Shown: in pieces, positions 22,015 to 34,521 of the stretch
How the letters are laid out: each line of letters opens with the position of its first letter
How positions within the stretch are numbered: the stretch's first letter is position 1
Assembly (NCBI GenBank): GCA_038087875.1
Contig: CM075977.1
Coordinates: 56,544,001 to 56,608,000, forward strand
Source of the DNA: Malacoraja senta
Taxonomy: Eukaryota
Length of the DNA stretch: 64,000 nt
Reading direction: 5' to 3'
Program-made: the position numbers and the translations under genes
Notes under the pieces: generated by a model
Databases searched by the model: none
What the model was told of the DNA's origin: nothing
The model's input: only the letters and a program-made list of their open reading frames with translations

Positions 22015-23146
22015 TATACATTGGTGATCATTTTCCAATGTTCTATAGACTCTAGATCAGTTGCTGTGGACTGGAGGGTAGCTAATGTAACCCCACTTTT
22101 TTATGAAAGGAGGGAGAGAGAAAAAGGGGAAATAAAGACCAGTCAGCCTTACATCAGTAGTGGAGAAGATGCTTGAGTCGATTATTAAAGATGTTATAGC
22201 AGTGCATTTCGAAAGCAGTGACAGGATCGGTCAGAGTCAGCATGGATTTGTGAAGGGGACTTGCTTGACTAAGTATGCTTGACTAATCTTCTGGAATTTT
22301 TTGAGGATATAACAAGTACAACGGATATGGGAGAGCCAGTGGATGTGGTGTATCTAGACTTTCAAAAAGCCTTTGACAAGGTCCCACACAAGAGATTAGT
22401 GTGCAAAATTAGAGCACATGGTATTGGGGGTAGGGTTGAGATAGAGAACTGATTGGCAGACAGGAAGCAAAGAGTAGGAATTAACGGGTCATTTTCAGAA
22501 TGGCAGGTGGTGCAGTGGGGTGCCGTAAGGCTCAGTGCTAGGACCAGTTATTTACAATATATATTGATGATTTAGATGAGGGAGTTAAATGTAACATCTC
22601 CAAGTTTGCAGATGAAACAAAGCTGGGTGGCAATGTGAGCTTCGAGGAAGATGCTATGAGGCTGCAGGGTGACTTGGATAGGTTGGGTGATTGGGCAGAT
22701 GCAGTATAATGTGAATAAATGTGAGGTTATCCACTTTGGTGGCAAAAACACAAAGGCAGATTATTATCTGAATGGTGTCAGATTAGGAAAGGGGAATTGC
22801 AACGAGACCTGGGTGTCCTTGTACATCAGTCTTTGAAAGTAAGCACGACTCACTTACACACAGCAGGCAGTGAAGAAAGCAAATGGCCTTCATAGCAAGA
22901 GGATTTGAGTAAAGGAGCAAGGAGATCCTACTGCAGTTGTACAGGGCCCTGGTGAGACCGTACCTGGAGTATTGTGTTCAGTTTTGGTCTCCTAATTTGA
23001 GGAAGGACATTCTTGCTATCGAGGGAGTGCAACGTAGGTTCACCAGGTTAATCCCAGGATGCCGGGACTGATATATGATGAAAGAATGGGTCGACTGGGC
23101 TTGCATAGACTGGAATTTAGAAGGATGAAAGGATATCTTATAGAAA
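22015..23146 (+). mobile_element. Degenerate CR1/HER1-like LINE RT region (continues at 25011)
   Basis: DWRVANVTPLF, SQHGF, YLDFQKAFDKVPH, ISKFADETK and VRPYLEYCVQFWSP in shifting frames. Confidence 0.9.
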
Positions 23147-23148
23147 TG

Positions 23149-24423
23149 CTAGACTAAGTGGGACCCGTTGGGTCCCAGTCACATGGGAGGTCTGGTCCCC
23201 CAATGCAACCCATTCCCCAATGCAATATTCCACCACTCACCTGTTCCCCCAACGCAATGGCAGGAGCGTTCTGTAGCCGGGGGATGGGAATGGCTTCAGG
23301 CAGGAAGCGTCCTGCAGCCAGGGGAGGGGGACGGCTTCAGGCGGGGCATGTAGGGTGTGGGGGAGGGGGGCTGTGTGGGGGAGGGTGTGTGTGGGGGGGG
23401 GGGGTGTGTGTGGGGGGGAGGGTGTGTGGGGGTAGGGGAGGGGGTGTATGTGGAATGGGGAGGGGTGTTGATGGTAGGGGTATGTGGGGTAGGGGGTGTG
23501 GGGAGGGGGTGTGTGGGGGAGGGGGTGTGGGGGGAGGGGGTTTGTGGGGGACGGTGTGTGTGGGGGAGGGGGTGTATGTGGGGGGGAGGGGTGTGGGTGG
23601 AGTGGGGGAGGGGTGTGTGGGAGAGGGGGTGTGGGGGAGAGGTGGTGTAGGGGAGGGTGGGGTGTTGGGGAGGGGGTTGTGGGGGAAGGGGTGTGTGTGG
23701 GGGAGGGGGTGTGGGGGAGGTGTTGTGGGGGAGGGAGTGTGTAGTGGAGGGGGGTGTCGGGGAGGGGGGAGGGTGTCGGGGTGGGGGAGTGTGGGAGGGG
23801 GGTTGTTGGATGGAGGTGTGTGGGCTCACCTGTTCCCGGCTCCAGCTCCGACTGCACTCCCTGCTCCAGGACCCGGCTCCGGACTCACTCAGCTGCTCCC
23901 GTCCCCAGCGCCTGTCGCGCTCACAGCCCCCGCCCGCACCCGCGGACACAGCCCGCCCTCACCCACGAGCACAGCCCGCCCCCGCCCGTGAACACAGCCC
24001 GCCCCCGCCCGCGAACACAGCCTGCTCCCGCCCGCGAACACAGCCCGCCTCCGCCCGCGGACCACAGCCCACACTCCGCTGCTTCAGCTTTATTCTCGGC
24101 GGCTTGTGGACGGGCGGCTTCTAAACGTGCTCACGGACTCAGCCCTGCCTCCGGGGATTTATTCTTCAGCGGGTGCCGGAAGGGTCGTTACCTTCATGGA
24201 GAATGACAGGCGAGAAGACCAATCTGCTGATCTCACGATTTTGTAAACCTTCATAACTTTTGTAATCTTCCACCGATCGGAACAAAACTTGGTGCGCTTG
24301 GAGCAGAGGAGAACGGTGAGTAAGGTGGCGAGTAATCCTAGCGATATAGGGTGGCGTTTTTGCTCAAATTTAAAAACATCGCAGACCGGAAGTGGTCAAG
24401 ATGAGAGTTTTAGTAATAGTAGA
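23149..24423 (-). mobile_element. Complete non-autonomous Helitron
   Basis: The minus strand starts TCTACTATTACTAAAACTCTCATCTTGACCACTTCC. It ends with an 8-bp-stem hairpin TGGGACCC-AAC-GGGTCCCA (23159-23177) followed by CTTAGTCTAG. No TSD. The interior is a G-rich tract plus a ~23-bp minisatellite. Confidence 0.8.
23340..24075 (+). repeat. G-rich low-complexity tract (23340-23820) and CACAGCCCGCCCCCGCCCGCGAA minisatellite (23920-24075)
   Basis: Direct reading. Confidence 0.9.
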
Positions 24424-24439
24424 GATAGATAGATAGATA

Positions 24440-25010
24440 TAGTTTAGTTTAGAGATACAGCGCGGAAACAGGCCCTTCAGCCCTCCATCAATACTGTCCT
24501 ACACACACTAGGGGCAATTTACGCATACACCAAGTCAATTAACCTACATACCTGTACTTCTTTGGAATGTGGGAGGAAACCGAAGATCTTGGAGAAAAAA
24601 CACGCGGTCACGGGGAGAACGTACAAACTCCGTACATCACCTGTAGTCGGGATCGAACCCGGGTCTCCAGTGCTGCAAGCGCTGTAAGGCAGCAGCTCTA
24701 CTGCTGTGCCACCGTGGCCGCCCTAAAAGTTCCGTTGGCCCACCGAATCCGCGCCGAGCAGCGATCATCGCACACTAGCACTACAACTCCTACGCATACT
24801 AGGGACAATTCACAATTTTACCAAAGCCAATCAACGTACAAACCTGTACATCTTTGGAGTGTGGGAGGAAACTGGACCTCCCGGAGAAAACCCACGTAGG
24901 TCACGGGGAGAATGTACAAACTCCGTACTGACACCACCCTTAGTCAGGATCGAACCCGGGTCTCTGGCGCTGTTATGCAACAACTCTACCATGCGCCACT
25001 GTGCCGCCCC
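24440..25010 (-). mobile_element. Two tandem V-SINE copies (about 24440-24722 and 24731-25010)
   Basis: Each has the head GGCGGC..GTGGC(A/G)CA..GGTAGAG...GGGTTCGATCC and the V-domain. Confidence 0.85.
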
Positions 25011-25380
25011 TGTAAAATTCTTAAGGGATTAGACAGGCTAGATCCAGGAAAAATGTTCCAGATGTTGGGAGAGTCCAGAACCAGGGGTCACAGTTTAAGA
25101 ATAAAGGGTAGGCCATTTAGGACTGAGGTGAAGAAAAACTTTTTCTCCCAGAGAGTTGTGAATCTGTGGAATTCTCTGCCACAGAACGTAGTGGAGGCCA
25201 ATTCACTGAATGTTTTCAAGAGAGAGTTAGATTTAGTTCTTACCGCTAATGGAATTATGGGATATGGGGGATAAAGCTGAATGGGGTACTGATTTTGGAT
25301 GATCAGCCATGATCATATTAAATGGTGGTGCTGGCTCAAAGGGCCGAATGGCCTACTCCTGCATCTATTTTCTATGTTTC
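25011..25380 (+). mobile_element. CR1/HER1-like 3' end (continuation of 22015-23146)
   Basis: KILKGLDRLDPGKMF...RTRGHSLRIKGRPFRTEVKKNFFSQRVVNLWNSLP, 3' stem-loop and (TCTATGTT) tail. Confidence 0.88.
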
Positions 25381-25384
25381 TTAC

Positions 25385-26058
25385 AATGACGTGGCAACAT
25401 CTGTACTCAATTCCCTGGCTCATGAAGGCCACCTTCACCACCTTATCTAACTGTGATTCCACTTTCAGGGAACATGGTACTTCCACTCATACATCCCTCT
25501 GCTGTACAAAACTCACCAGGGCCCTAACTATTCACTGTGAATGTCCTGCCTTGATTTGACTTTCCAAAATGTAACACCCCACATTTATCTGAAATAAACA
25601 CCATTAGTCATTACTCAGTCCACTTGTCCAGTTGATCAAGATCTCGTTGAATTCTTAATAATAATATTCACTAACTACAGTTCCAGTTATTTTTGTGTCA
25701 TCTGCAAACTTATTGATAATGTCGTGTACATTCTCATCCAAATCATTGACATAGATGACAAATAGCGATGGGCTCAGCACTGATTCCTGAGGCATACCAC
25801 TAGTCACAGGCCTCCAGTCGAAAAACAACACACCATCACCCTGAAGCTATTTCTGCATTCAGTTTGCTAGTTCTCCCTGAATGCCATGCAATCTAGCCTT
25901 ACAGAGCAGCCTACCATGTGGAGTCCTTATCAAAGGCCTTTATTAAGTACATGCTATGACTACGTCCCTGCCCTCATCAACCTACCTTCCTGATTACTTC
26001 TTTAAAAAAACGGAATCAAATTCGTGAGATACAATCTCCCACACACAAAACCATGCTG
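25385..26058 (-). mobile_element. Older CR1 RT fragment
   Basis: The minus strand has degenerate QHGF, KAFDK, GMPQESVLSP and KFADDTK motifs. Confidence 0.7.
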
Positions 26059-26854
26059 TCGTGGTGAAAGTGATTATATAAATGCTACCTTATCCTGATG
26101 CATAATTTTTAAATCATTTCTTTGAGTGTGCATTTGTCAAACTTGATATTAACTGTAGATATCTAGCTGGTAGTGAGATAATTCTAAATAAATCATCATA
26201 TTTAGCACATGTTTGCAGGAAATGATACCTGTGGATATCTGTTCAATTCCGAAATGCAGATTTTATTTTTCTTGAAATTATCTGATATATCAAGTTCCAC
26301 TCAATTCCACTTGTCTTATATCATCCTATTCTATGAAAAAATATGTAATTGTGCTAATGCAGGTAAATGTTTTGAGCATTCGTTGCTTTATTCTGCGGCT
26401 ACAGCAAGATTTGAGTAGTTCTTTTTAAAATTTATTTGGTGTATGTTATTAACATAATATCAACAATGATTATAGAACTAGTGTCTTAAAATAGTTTACT
26501 ATACCTTACAAATATGCTGAATCTCAGAATGTTGACATTTAACATTTACAAATGAACTAACAATATGTATAACTGAGGAAGCTTTGAACAATAACATTTA
26601 CCATAAAGGAGATCTTGGTGAATTGGATGATAGGTGTATTTCTACTCATCTTTTACTGATCATTTGATTAGCAGAAGAGCTGCAGAAGCCACACAAGCAT
26701 TGTGTGAATACTGTTTACGCCATTTATGCTGTGTTTTATGCTATGACTTCCAGGGCTATGATGGATCAATAGAGATGCTATTGTTTTTAATGTCCCTACA
26801 AAGCTATACCTACCACCTATCTCTCTGTTGCTAATCCTAAAGAAGTGAGGCTTA

Positions 26855-27365
26855 AGGGCCTGTCCCACCAGCATGCGATTGCATGTGGCAGTTCGCGCTA
26901 AGTTTGCGGTAAGTACGCGCTAAGTACGCGCAAAGTTTGCGCGTGACGTAATTTACGTCAAACTCACCAATCAGCTGGGCAGGAGACGGGCCGACTGAAT
27001 TTGGACGTAGCACGGCGTGGGACGGTGACGTCATCGCGCAACGGCACGCCGGTCGGTGACGTCATCGCGCAACACCACACGCTAGGCGTACGCCATCATG
27101 ACGCTGCGTACGACGTCAAGATGCTGCGTACGTCGAGACGCTGCGTACGCCCTCAATGCGCCTGCAGGCCGACAGGCCGTTGGCGCGCGGAATTTTCGAA
27201 CAGTGCAAGATTTTTGGAGCCCCGCGCGATGTCGGGACCAGCCCCGCACAACTCCGTACGCCTCCGCCGATCGAAGTGCGACTGGCCCCGTGAGGCCGTA
27301 CGCCTCAAGCGACCATATTTGGTCGCGCTAGACGCATGCTATCGCATGCTGGTGGGACAGGCCCT
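26855..27365. mobile_element. PIF/Harbinger-type MITE 2
   Basis: TIR AGGGCCTGTCCCACCAGCATGCGAT, TSD TTA (26852-26854 and 27366-27368). Related to MITE 1. Confidence 0.85.
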
Positions 27366-27458
27366 TTACTCTGCACTATTTTCCTGCAGATCTGGGAAGT
27401 AATGGGAAGCAAATGATGATGAGGTGGGGGTGGGGGGGGGTGATAGAACATTTCTGTC

Positions 27459-28279
27459 TCAAAGTCAAAGGACAAAGGACATTTATTGTCACATAAACCA
27501 ATTGGTGCAGTGAAATTTGAGTTACCATGCAGCACACAAATAAGATAAACACAACACTTTAGAATTTAACATAAAACATAAAAAACATCCCCCCGCAGCG
27601 GAATCAACGTTTCCCGCTGTGAGGGAAGGCACCAAAGTTCTGACCTCTTCCTCTGTTCACACGTGATTGGGGCCTATTGAGGCCTCCGCAGTTGCCGCTA
27701 CGGGCCCGATGTTTCAGGCCCTCGAACGGAAGAACACTCTCAGCAGCCCGGAGCCTCCGAATCAGCCGCTTCCTACCGGGGACCGCGGCTCCCGAAGTCC
27801 ACAGGCCGAGCTGTGTGGAGATTCAACACTGGTGACCTCGGCGAGAGATCCCAGGCTCCGCGATGTCAAAGTCAGCGCCGCCCATGGCTGGAAGCTCCAC
27901 AGACCACTGCTCCACGGTGTTGAAGTCGGCAGTCGCAGCACTCCGGAGCTCCAACACGGCGATTCCCGGTAAGGCATCGCTCGCTCCGCGATGGAATCCA
28001 GTGCTGCGCCGCTGCTGAAGCTGAAGCTCTGGCCGGTTTCCGGCAGGAAAGGCCATGCCAATCCAGATGGTAGGCCGCAAGGAGGGGGTGAAGATGCGGT
28101 TCGGAGGATAGGCGCATCCTCGACCAGGAAGTGACTGAGAAAAACGGTTTCCCCCCCTCCCCCCACATAAAAAAGACTAAAGACCTCAAAAAACAAACTT
28201 TAAAACAGATTAAAAATAACAAAAAGATGATAGGACAGACAGCTGCAGGCGAGGCAGCCACACTCGATGGCGCCACCAG
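27459..28279 (-). mobile_element. GC-rich non-autonomous retroposon, structured family, copy C (Rex1-type tail)
   Basis: Head GGTGGCGCCATCG, family hairpin 27588-27626, tail AATTTCACTGCACC...GTGACAATAAA plus (GTCCTTT)n. Confidence 0.75.
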
Positions 28280-28659
28280 TCACCACCACTCATTTGTAAT
28301 AATGAGGGAAACAAGGGGATCACAATAAGGAGGGTGTGGAACGTGAGCTGGTAACAATGTGGCTCCCGATGATTACACCAGATTGAGACTAGAAGTTTGA
28401 GGAATAGAACGGGGAAGATGCAGAGGGAGGGATGTTTTTACATGACCCCAGAAAACATAATTCTTTGAATGCCACATTTTAAATCATTGACTACTCAGCA
28501 TTTGTTAGGATAACACTGAGGTGCCAGTCCAGATCATATCCAGGTCTCTGGTGTGTTGAACATAAAGCAAATATGCAGGTTTGGTTATGATATGATTGTA
28601 TAAAAATAACAAATGTGGAATGCCAATTGTTTTCAGAATGTATATTTAGATTTGCTTAT

Positions 28660-28757
28660 AGAAACATAGAAATTAGGTGCAGGAGTAGGCCATTCGGCCC
28701 TTCGAGCCTGCACCGCCATTCAATATGATCATGGCTGATCATCCAACTCAGTATCCC
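28660..28757 (-). mobile_element. CR1/HER1 extreme 3' fragment
   Basis: Reverse complement of the GAAGGGCCGAATGGCCTACTCCTGCACCTA tail. Confidence 0.75.
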
Positions 28758-28782
28758 ATTATAAGCCATAATTCAGAATAAT

Positions 28783-29823
28783 TAGCAATGTTACAAAATT
28801 TTGAGATTTTACAAATAAAGTCTGCAATTTATCCCATCAGATAAAGCATAAAAAGAAGTTTAATTTGACACTTAATTCACTTTCATATCTTCAGTATTAA
28901 AAAAGTTATGGCCATTATCATACTCAGAAATTAGCATCTAGTTCCCTATTGCTTTTCCATTGACTTAACACAAAAGCTGTGATCGAGGACAGTTAAAAGC
29001 CCATAACTTTCTTAAAAATTATGATAACTGAAAGAAATTTTCAGTTATTATAGATTGAAGCATTCTGAAACAAACATGAAACAATCTTACTTCGAAGACA
29101 TGAAAGTAAAACATATAAATAGTTAGTTACCTAATTGTAGCTAATTACAAAATTCAATTACTAGATCTAAACATCTATCAATTTCTTAAGAATAGATTAA
29201 CATTTTTAAATAGCCTAAGTGTCCAAATAACATTCACACAATAATTCACAATATAACATAATTTTTATATCTAATTTTCATGAATTTACAGGCCAAATGG
29301 AAGGAATTGAATGTTTAATACCTGTAAATTAATGGGGATTTAAATCATCTTGTGAGTGAGGATTTCTGGAACGCGATCTTTTGGAACGTTCATTTGCGGT
29401 GAATTTAACCCCGTATTGGCATGAAAAATACTGCCGTTAATTCGGGGAATAAAATCACCGTGTCGCATGAAAAAATGTGAATTAAAGGCTTCTTAAGAAG
29501 CACTTTTATACATTTAAAGAAACCACTTTCGTTTACCTGTCCCGTGTGTGAAATCCGTCCCCGTTATCGGCGTTGACGCTTCAGGAGCTGATTTTAAAAT
29601 TACTCTAGTGCTGACATTGACGATTTAATAAAAATAAAAAATACACAAATCGCCACTAGGAACGATTTGTCAGCCAACGCTTGTACTCCAACAAAATATT
29701 AACCAGGACAAGGGAGGAGAAACCCGCGTTTTAACCCCGCCCCCCCTTAAAGGCGCCAAAATCGCGCACACGGCCAGTGGCAGAATTACAGCGCGACTGA
29801 AGGTAAGTTTTGTAACATACCTA
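28783..29823. mobile_element. Non-autonomous TIR DNA transposon with an apparent 7-bp TSD
   Basis: Termini TAGCAATGTTACAAAATTT and AAGTTTTGTAACATACCTA, flanked on both sides by GAATAAT (28776-28782 and 29824-29830). Confidence 0.65.
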
Positions 29824-30697
29824 GAATAATCAACTCAAAATTCAGATTTTTGAGAAGAGTTTTCTCAGAGGTTCAAAATATTTTTACTTAAAACTGGACA
29901 CCTCGATAAATGAACTGAATTATATCATGCATGCAATCTGATAAATGATAAAAAAGCAATTGGAAAAACTTTCTGAAACTTTCTGAAAACATTTTGTTGT
30001 ATCTACTCGGAAAACTGGATTAGAAAAAAATGTATTAGTGCCTGTTTTTACATTTAAATCACTTGCACTGTTTTAGGTATGGTCATGACTATTTCCTCTT
30101 TTAATCCAAGTTTGGAAGTTAGAATGGGTACTTCCTATTACCTGTCACCCAATGCAGGACATTATCAATGGGCAGAGCGCACATTAATTACTTACCAACA
30201 GAAATTGGCTCAAAAGGTCATAACCTGTGACCTTCATTTTAAATCTCAATAAAATGAGTACATCATTGCTGAAAGTAGTGAATCGTGTGATTTAAAGTAT
30301 CCCTGGTGAGACATTGTTTTTATATTTTATCATTCCCCCTGGTCTTTTTAATGTAGTCAAATTTCCAGGCAATGGAAAGACTGTGGCCATATTAGATAAT
30401 TTCAGAGCTCTATACTTATTAAATAAAAGATATTGCATGTTGCAGTGTGACATTTATTAATATTGAAAATACCTACAGGCATCACAGGTACTCGAGTTAC
30501 TCATACTATTTCCAGGAAACCGCATTCACTTGTATATTTACCGCAGCAAATAATAGATATTGGGTGCTCACATTCTAGTTCCACAGACTAGGTACAGGCT
30601 TATGCAACTCATTCCAAAAACATCAGTAAATATTTCAGAATGCATTTGACAAGCCTTAGATGGCATTAACACATCACTTTGGATTAAACAGTTATTC

Positions 30698-31300
30698 TTA
30701 GAACATAGAACAGCAGAGCACAGGAACAGTCTCTTCGGCCCACAATGTCTGTTCCAAGCATGATGTCAAGATAAAGCATCTCATCTACCTACACACAATC
30801 TATATACCTCCATTCCCTGCATATCTATGTGCCTATCTAAAAGCCTCTTAATCACCACCATCATATCTGCCTCCACCACCACCCCTGGCAGTGCATTTCA
30901 TCACCTTCTATCTAAAAAATACCTGCCCCTCACATCTGCTTTAAACTTTGCCCCTCTCATCTATGTTCTCTGGTCTTTAACATTTCCACCCTGGGAAAAT
31001 GGTTCTGACTCTCCCTTCTATGCCTCGCATAATATTATATACTTCTACCAGGTCTCCTCACAATCTCTGGTATTCCAGAGTAATCAAAACAAGTTTTTTC
31101 CCAAAATGCTCCCTAATCCAGGCAGCATTCTGGTAAACCTCTTCTGCACCTTCTCCATTGCCTTCACATCCTTTTTATAATGGAGCGACCAATACAGTTT
31201 TCCAAATGTAGCATAACCAAAGTCTTATAGACATTCATCATGACTTTGTGACTCTAGCACATGGCACATGTCCCAACCAATGAAGGCACGCATACCATTC
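30698..31300 (-). mobile_element. Diverged CR1 3' fragment
   Basis: Reverse complement of the CR1 ORF2 end and 3' UTR, with a (TTCTATG) tail at the left. Confidence 0.7.
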
Positions 31301-31699
31301 TTGTGCCCAAACATGACAAATGTCCATTATTTTCTGTGTAGCCTTACGTTATTTAAAAGGGAGAGCAAGTACAAGGATCTCACCACCAACATTATCTTTT
31401 GGTTGATTTCATTAGTTGCAATTTTAAAAGGGAATTTTGTTGATCTAAACAGTAATGGCCACCCCACAACGTCACAACAATCAGTCACTTCCTGTTCGTG
31501 GGATTAAGGGAATGTATAAGTTATCAACATGAGCAGCGGAATAAATTATGCATCATATAATGTAATACTCCTGATAAACTATGTATAGCATATCAACTTC
31601 TAGCGATTAAAGCTAAGGAAACACATTAGCAATGCGGTTATAGAACGGACAGAATTACTGGTAGGATCAAAATATAATTAATTTGTTTTCCTTAAAACA

Positions 31700-32380
31700 A
31701 AAACAGAAAATGGTGGAAATCTCAGGAGTCAGGGAAGAGAAACAAAATCAATGTTTCACATCAAAGACATTTAAAAAGAACTGAAAAGGAGACAAACAAA
31801 GCTTGTAAAACTGCAAGGACAGTGGGAAGGCAGATGTCTCTGATAGGGTGCAGTCAGGGTGAGCATGGGGATGAGTAGACACAAGGAACTGCAGATACTG
31901 GAATCTTGCCTAGAACACAAAGTGCTGATGTGAGTCAACCTGTCAGGCAGCATCTCTGGAGGGAAATGGACCTTAAGAAGGGTCCCAAGCTGAAACGTGC
32001 CTATCCACAACCTCCAATAATGCTGCCTGACCCGCGGAGTTACAACAGCACTTTGTGTACTGAGCATGTTGATATGCTGTAAACAGTTATTTGGCCATTA
32101 AGTGAATGGGAACAGCAAGAGAGTTAGAACATAGATAAAAGAGTTAAACAAAAGAATGTAGGCGTTGTGAACTGCTGAGTAGCAGGAAATGCTCATGTCC
32201 TCCAGTCCCTGGGAGATAAGAAAGGAAAGGGTGGAAACAATAACAGGCCAAATTGTTATAACAGATGTATGACTTACACAAACCAAGAAATTAAGTTATC
32301 TGAAGTTGTAAAATTCAATATCAAGTCCTGAAAGCTGCAATGTGCCTCGGCATAAAATTAGATGCTGTTCCTCAAGCTTG
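31700..32380 (-). mobile_element. Penelope-like element remnant (GIY-YIG C-terminus and pLTR pieces)
   Basis: 32296-32380 on the minus strand reads RKLEEQHLILCRGTLQLSGLDIEFYNFR*. pLTR pieces occur in both orientations at 31875-32060. Confidence 0.65.
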
Positions 32381-32384
32381 CGAT

Positions 32385-33050
32385 GGTTTAGTGGTTCTTT
32401 TATTTTCATATGTACCGAGGTACAGTGGAATTCTTCGTTTGCATACAGTTCAGTAAGATTATTGTCATCCCTGATTAAGTACCAAATGCATAAAAACAGC
32501 CCACTGAGTCCATATGCAAGAGTCACCAGTGTTTTGGCGCCATTTTCGAGGTCCCAGCAAGAGCTGGCCATAAAGGCTTGTTGCAGCCATCGCCTCCATC
32601 CGGATCATCGGCACACCGTCGTCTCTCTCCTCACCCGGCCTTCAGCCTTGGTGCTCTGGGGGCGTCTCCTGCAGCTGACCTTTAGGGCGCGGAAGGTAAG
32701 ACTTCCGATTCTCCTTACCGACCCTTTGTCCAGCGTTCGTCGCCGACTCTCTCCACCCTCCGGTTCTCGGTCTTTGGGGGCTTGCAGGAGACGAGCTTTG
32801 GAGCCACTCCAGGCGGGTTCCCTGGTTCCATAGCAGACGAGCCAGGCCTTTAGCCCTTCGGGAGCTTCTCTCCGACCCTCCCCCCCCTTCTTTCTCTACT
32901 TCCCTCCCTCCCTTCTCTCCTTCCTCCCTTCTCTCCCTCCCTCCCTTCTCTCCTTTCCTCCCAGACACATCACGCACAGACAACTAACACACACATTTCA
33001 CGCACAGACAACTAACATACACACAACTATCACACACACACAACTAAGTT
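32385..33050 (-). mobile_element. Non-coding retroposon with a Rex1-type 3' stem-loop tail (different body from copies A-E)
   Basis: The minus strand ends AATTCCACTGTACCTCGGTACATATGAAAATAAAA. Its 3' part resembles 9180-9360. GC-rich, no credible ORF. Confidence 0.55.
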
Positions 33051-34521
33051 AGGATGGGGTAGAAGCCAGTGCCTCCCCAGCCATTGACCTCACCGCACGT
33101 CACTGAAGTTAAGCTTTACCTTTCGCAAATGGGCATTAAAAATAAAGCACCAGACTTTGAAAGGAAATAAAAGATACATAACAGCCACAATCTGGAAACA
33201 GAAACAAAAGTATAATCCTGAAAAGCAGTGTGAACTCGCAAATAAATCTTTTATATCAAAACGTGACTGGGGCTTAATAGCAGTAATCAGGGTAATATAT
33301 TTACAACTGAAAGTGATGAAGTAAAGCAGCTTAACAAAAATTATGAAGTTACTATGTGCTGTATTGGGAAAAATTTGATTTCATAACAAAAATAAAGTTT
33401 AAAATTATACATTTTATAGGATTTGAATAGAACTGTTTTATATGCGGTCTGTTGATGACTGCAATGCTCCTTTTGACTGGTGTGATAAATACACATGACA
33501 AAATGATGCCAACCTAAATAAGAAACTCTGGGCTGATGAGATATTGTATTGTTGAATTTTCTAAAAATATTGTTTAGATTGGATACCCATGAAAATGTTC
33601 CCGAATGCCAATGTAAACGTAACTTTTTAATTTGCTTTTGTTCTCAGAGATTTCAATCAATTTTATTAACGCCTTGATTTGCTTGGAATATGGAATGTAC
33701 ATCATTTAATCCATTTATTTGCAATCATTTGTCACTACATTTCCTTGAATATAACTTCAAAATTACCCTACTTAAGAATTACAATTGGGAGAATACTTTT
33801 GTTTTATATATTCAATAAAAATGCATTAAACTGTCCTCTAAGATGTTAAATCATTATTTTTTCTTAACCAGTTGGATCAAAAAAGCCCTATGTTGCACAC
33901 AGAACCATTCATTCATCTAATTTCAACCAAACTTACAGGCGCATTTCAGATTTAAGGATTATATATTTTTACCCTGGTTTAATAATGGGAACTGTATAAT
34001 ACTGCATTTATTGATTTGCTTAAATTCAAAGCCTTTCTCAAATCTAAACTTTAAAATAATAATTTAGTATTTAGCATAAGACCTGCTTAAAATACTGTAA
34101 AGCAAAGGTTTATCTGCAGCTAAAGGGAAATTGGTATTTGTGATTTTAATTGAAAAAATAGACAAAATGTTATTGTGTAATTATCTTTGTGCTCATGCTG
34201 ATATTCAATTTGTCTTTCTAAGAAGTACCAGGCTTTTTATATAGGATTACTTAATTGTTAACAAAGGATGTTTTGTAATTATTATTTAATTTTAACTGGA
34301 GGATATTCGACTTTACATCATTTTGTTTTAGTTTTGCTGCATCCAATAGACACAGGCATTTAATGTCAATTCAGTACGGGCATGTGTTTTTTTTAGTTTT
34401 CAGACCAGCTACTCAGCTGGTGCAATAAAGCAAATTGTGATAACCCGCACTTGGAAAATGTTGCAAATCTGGCAAAAGCTATTTTGCCCACGGGAAAGGG
34501 TTGCTTAAAAATGGAAGCAGT

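Noticed and set aside
23158-24206. Long Gly-rich and Pro/His-rich ORFs, up to 277 aa
   Set aside because: They are by-products of the G-rich tract and minisatellite inside the Helitron, which are open in many frames.
28240-28279. HDV-like ribozyme at the head of the structured family (CCTCGC motif)
   Set aside because: I could not build the P1/P2 nested pseudoknot or find the catalytic J4/2 segment.
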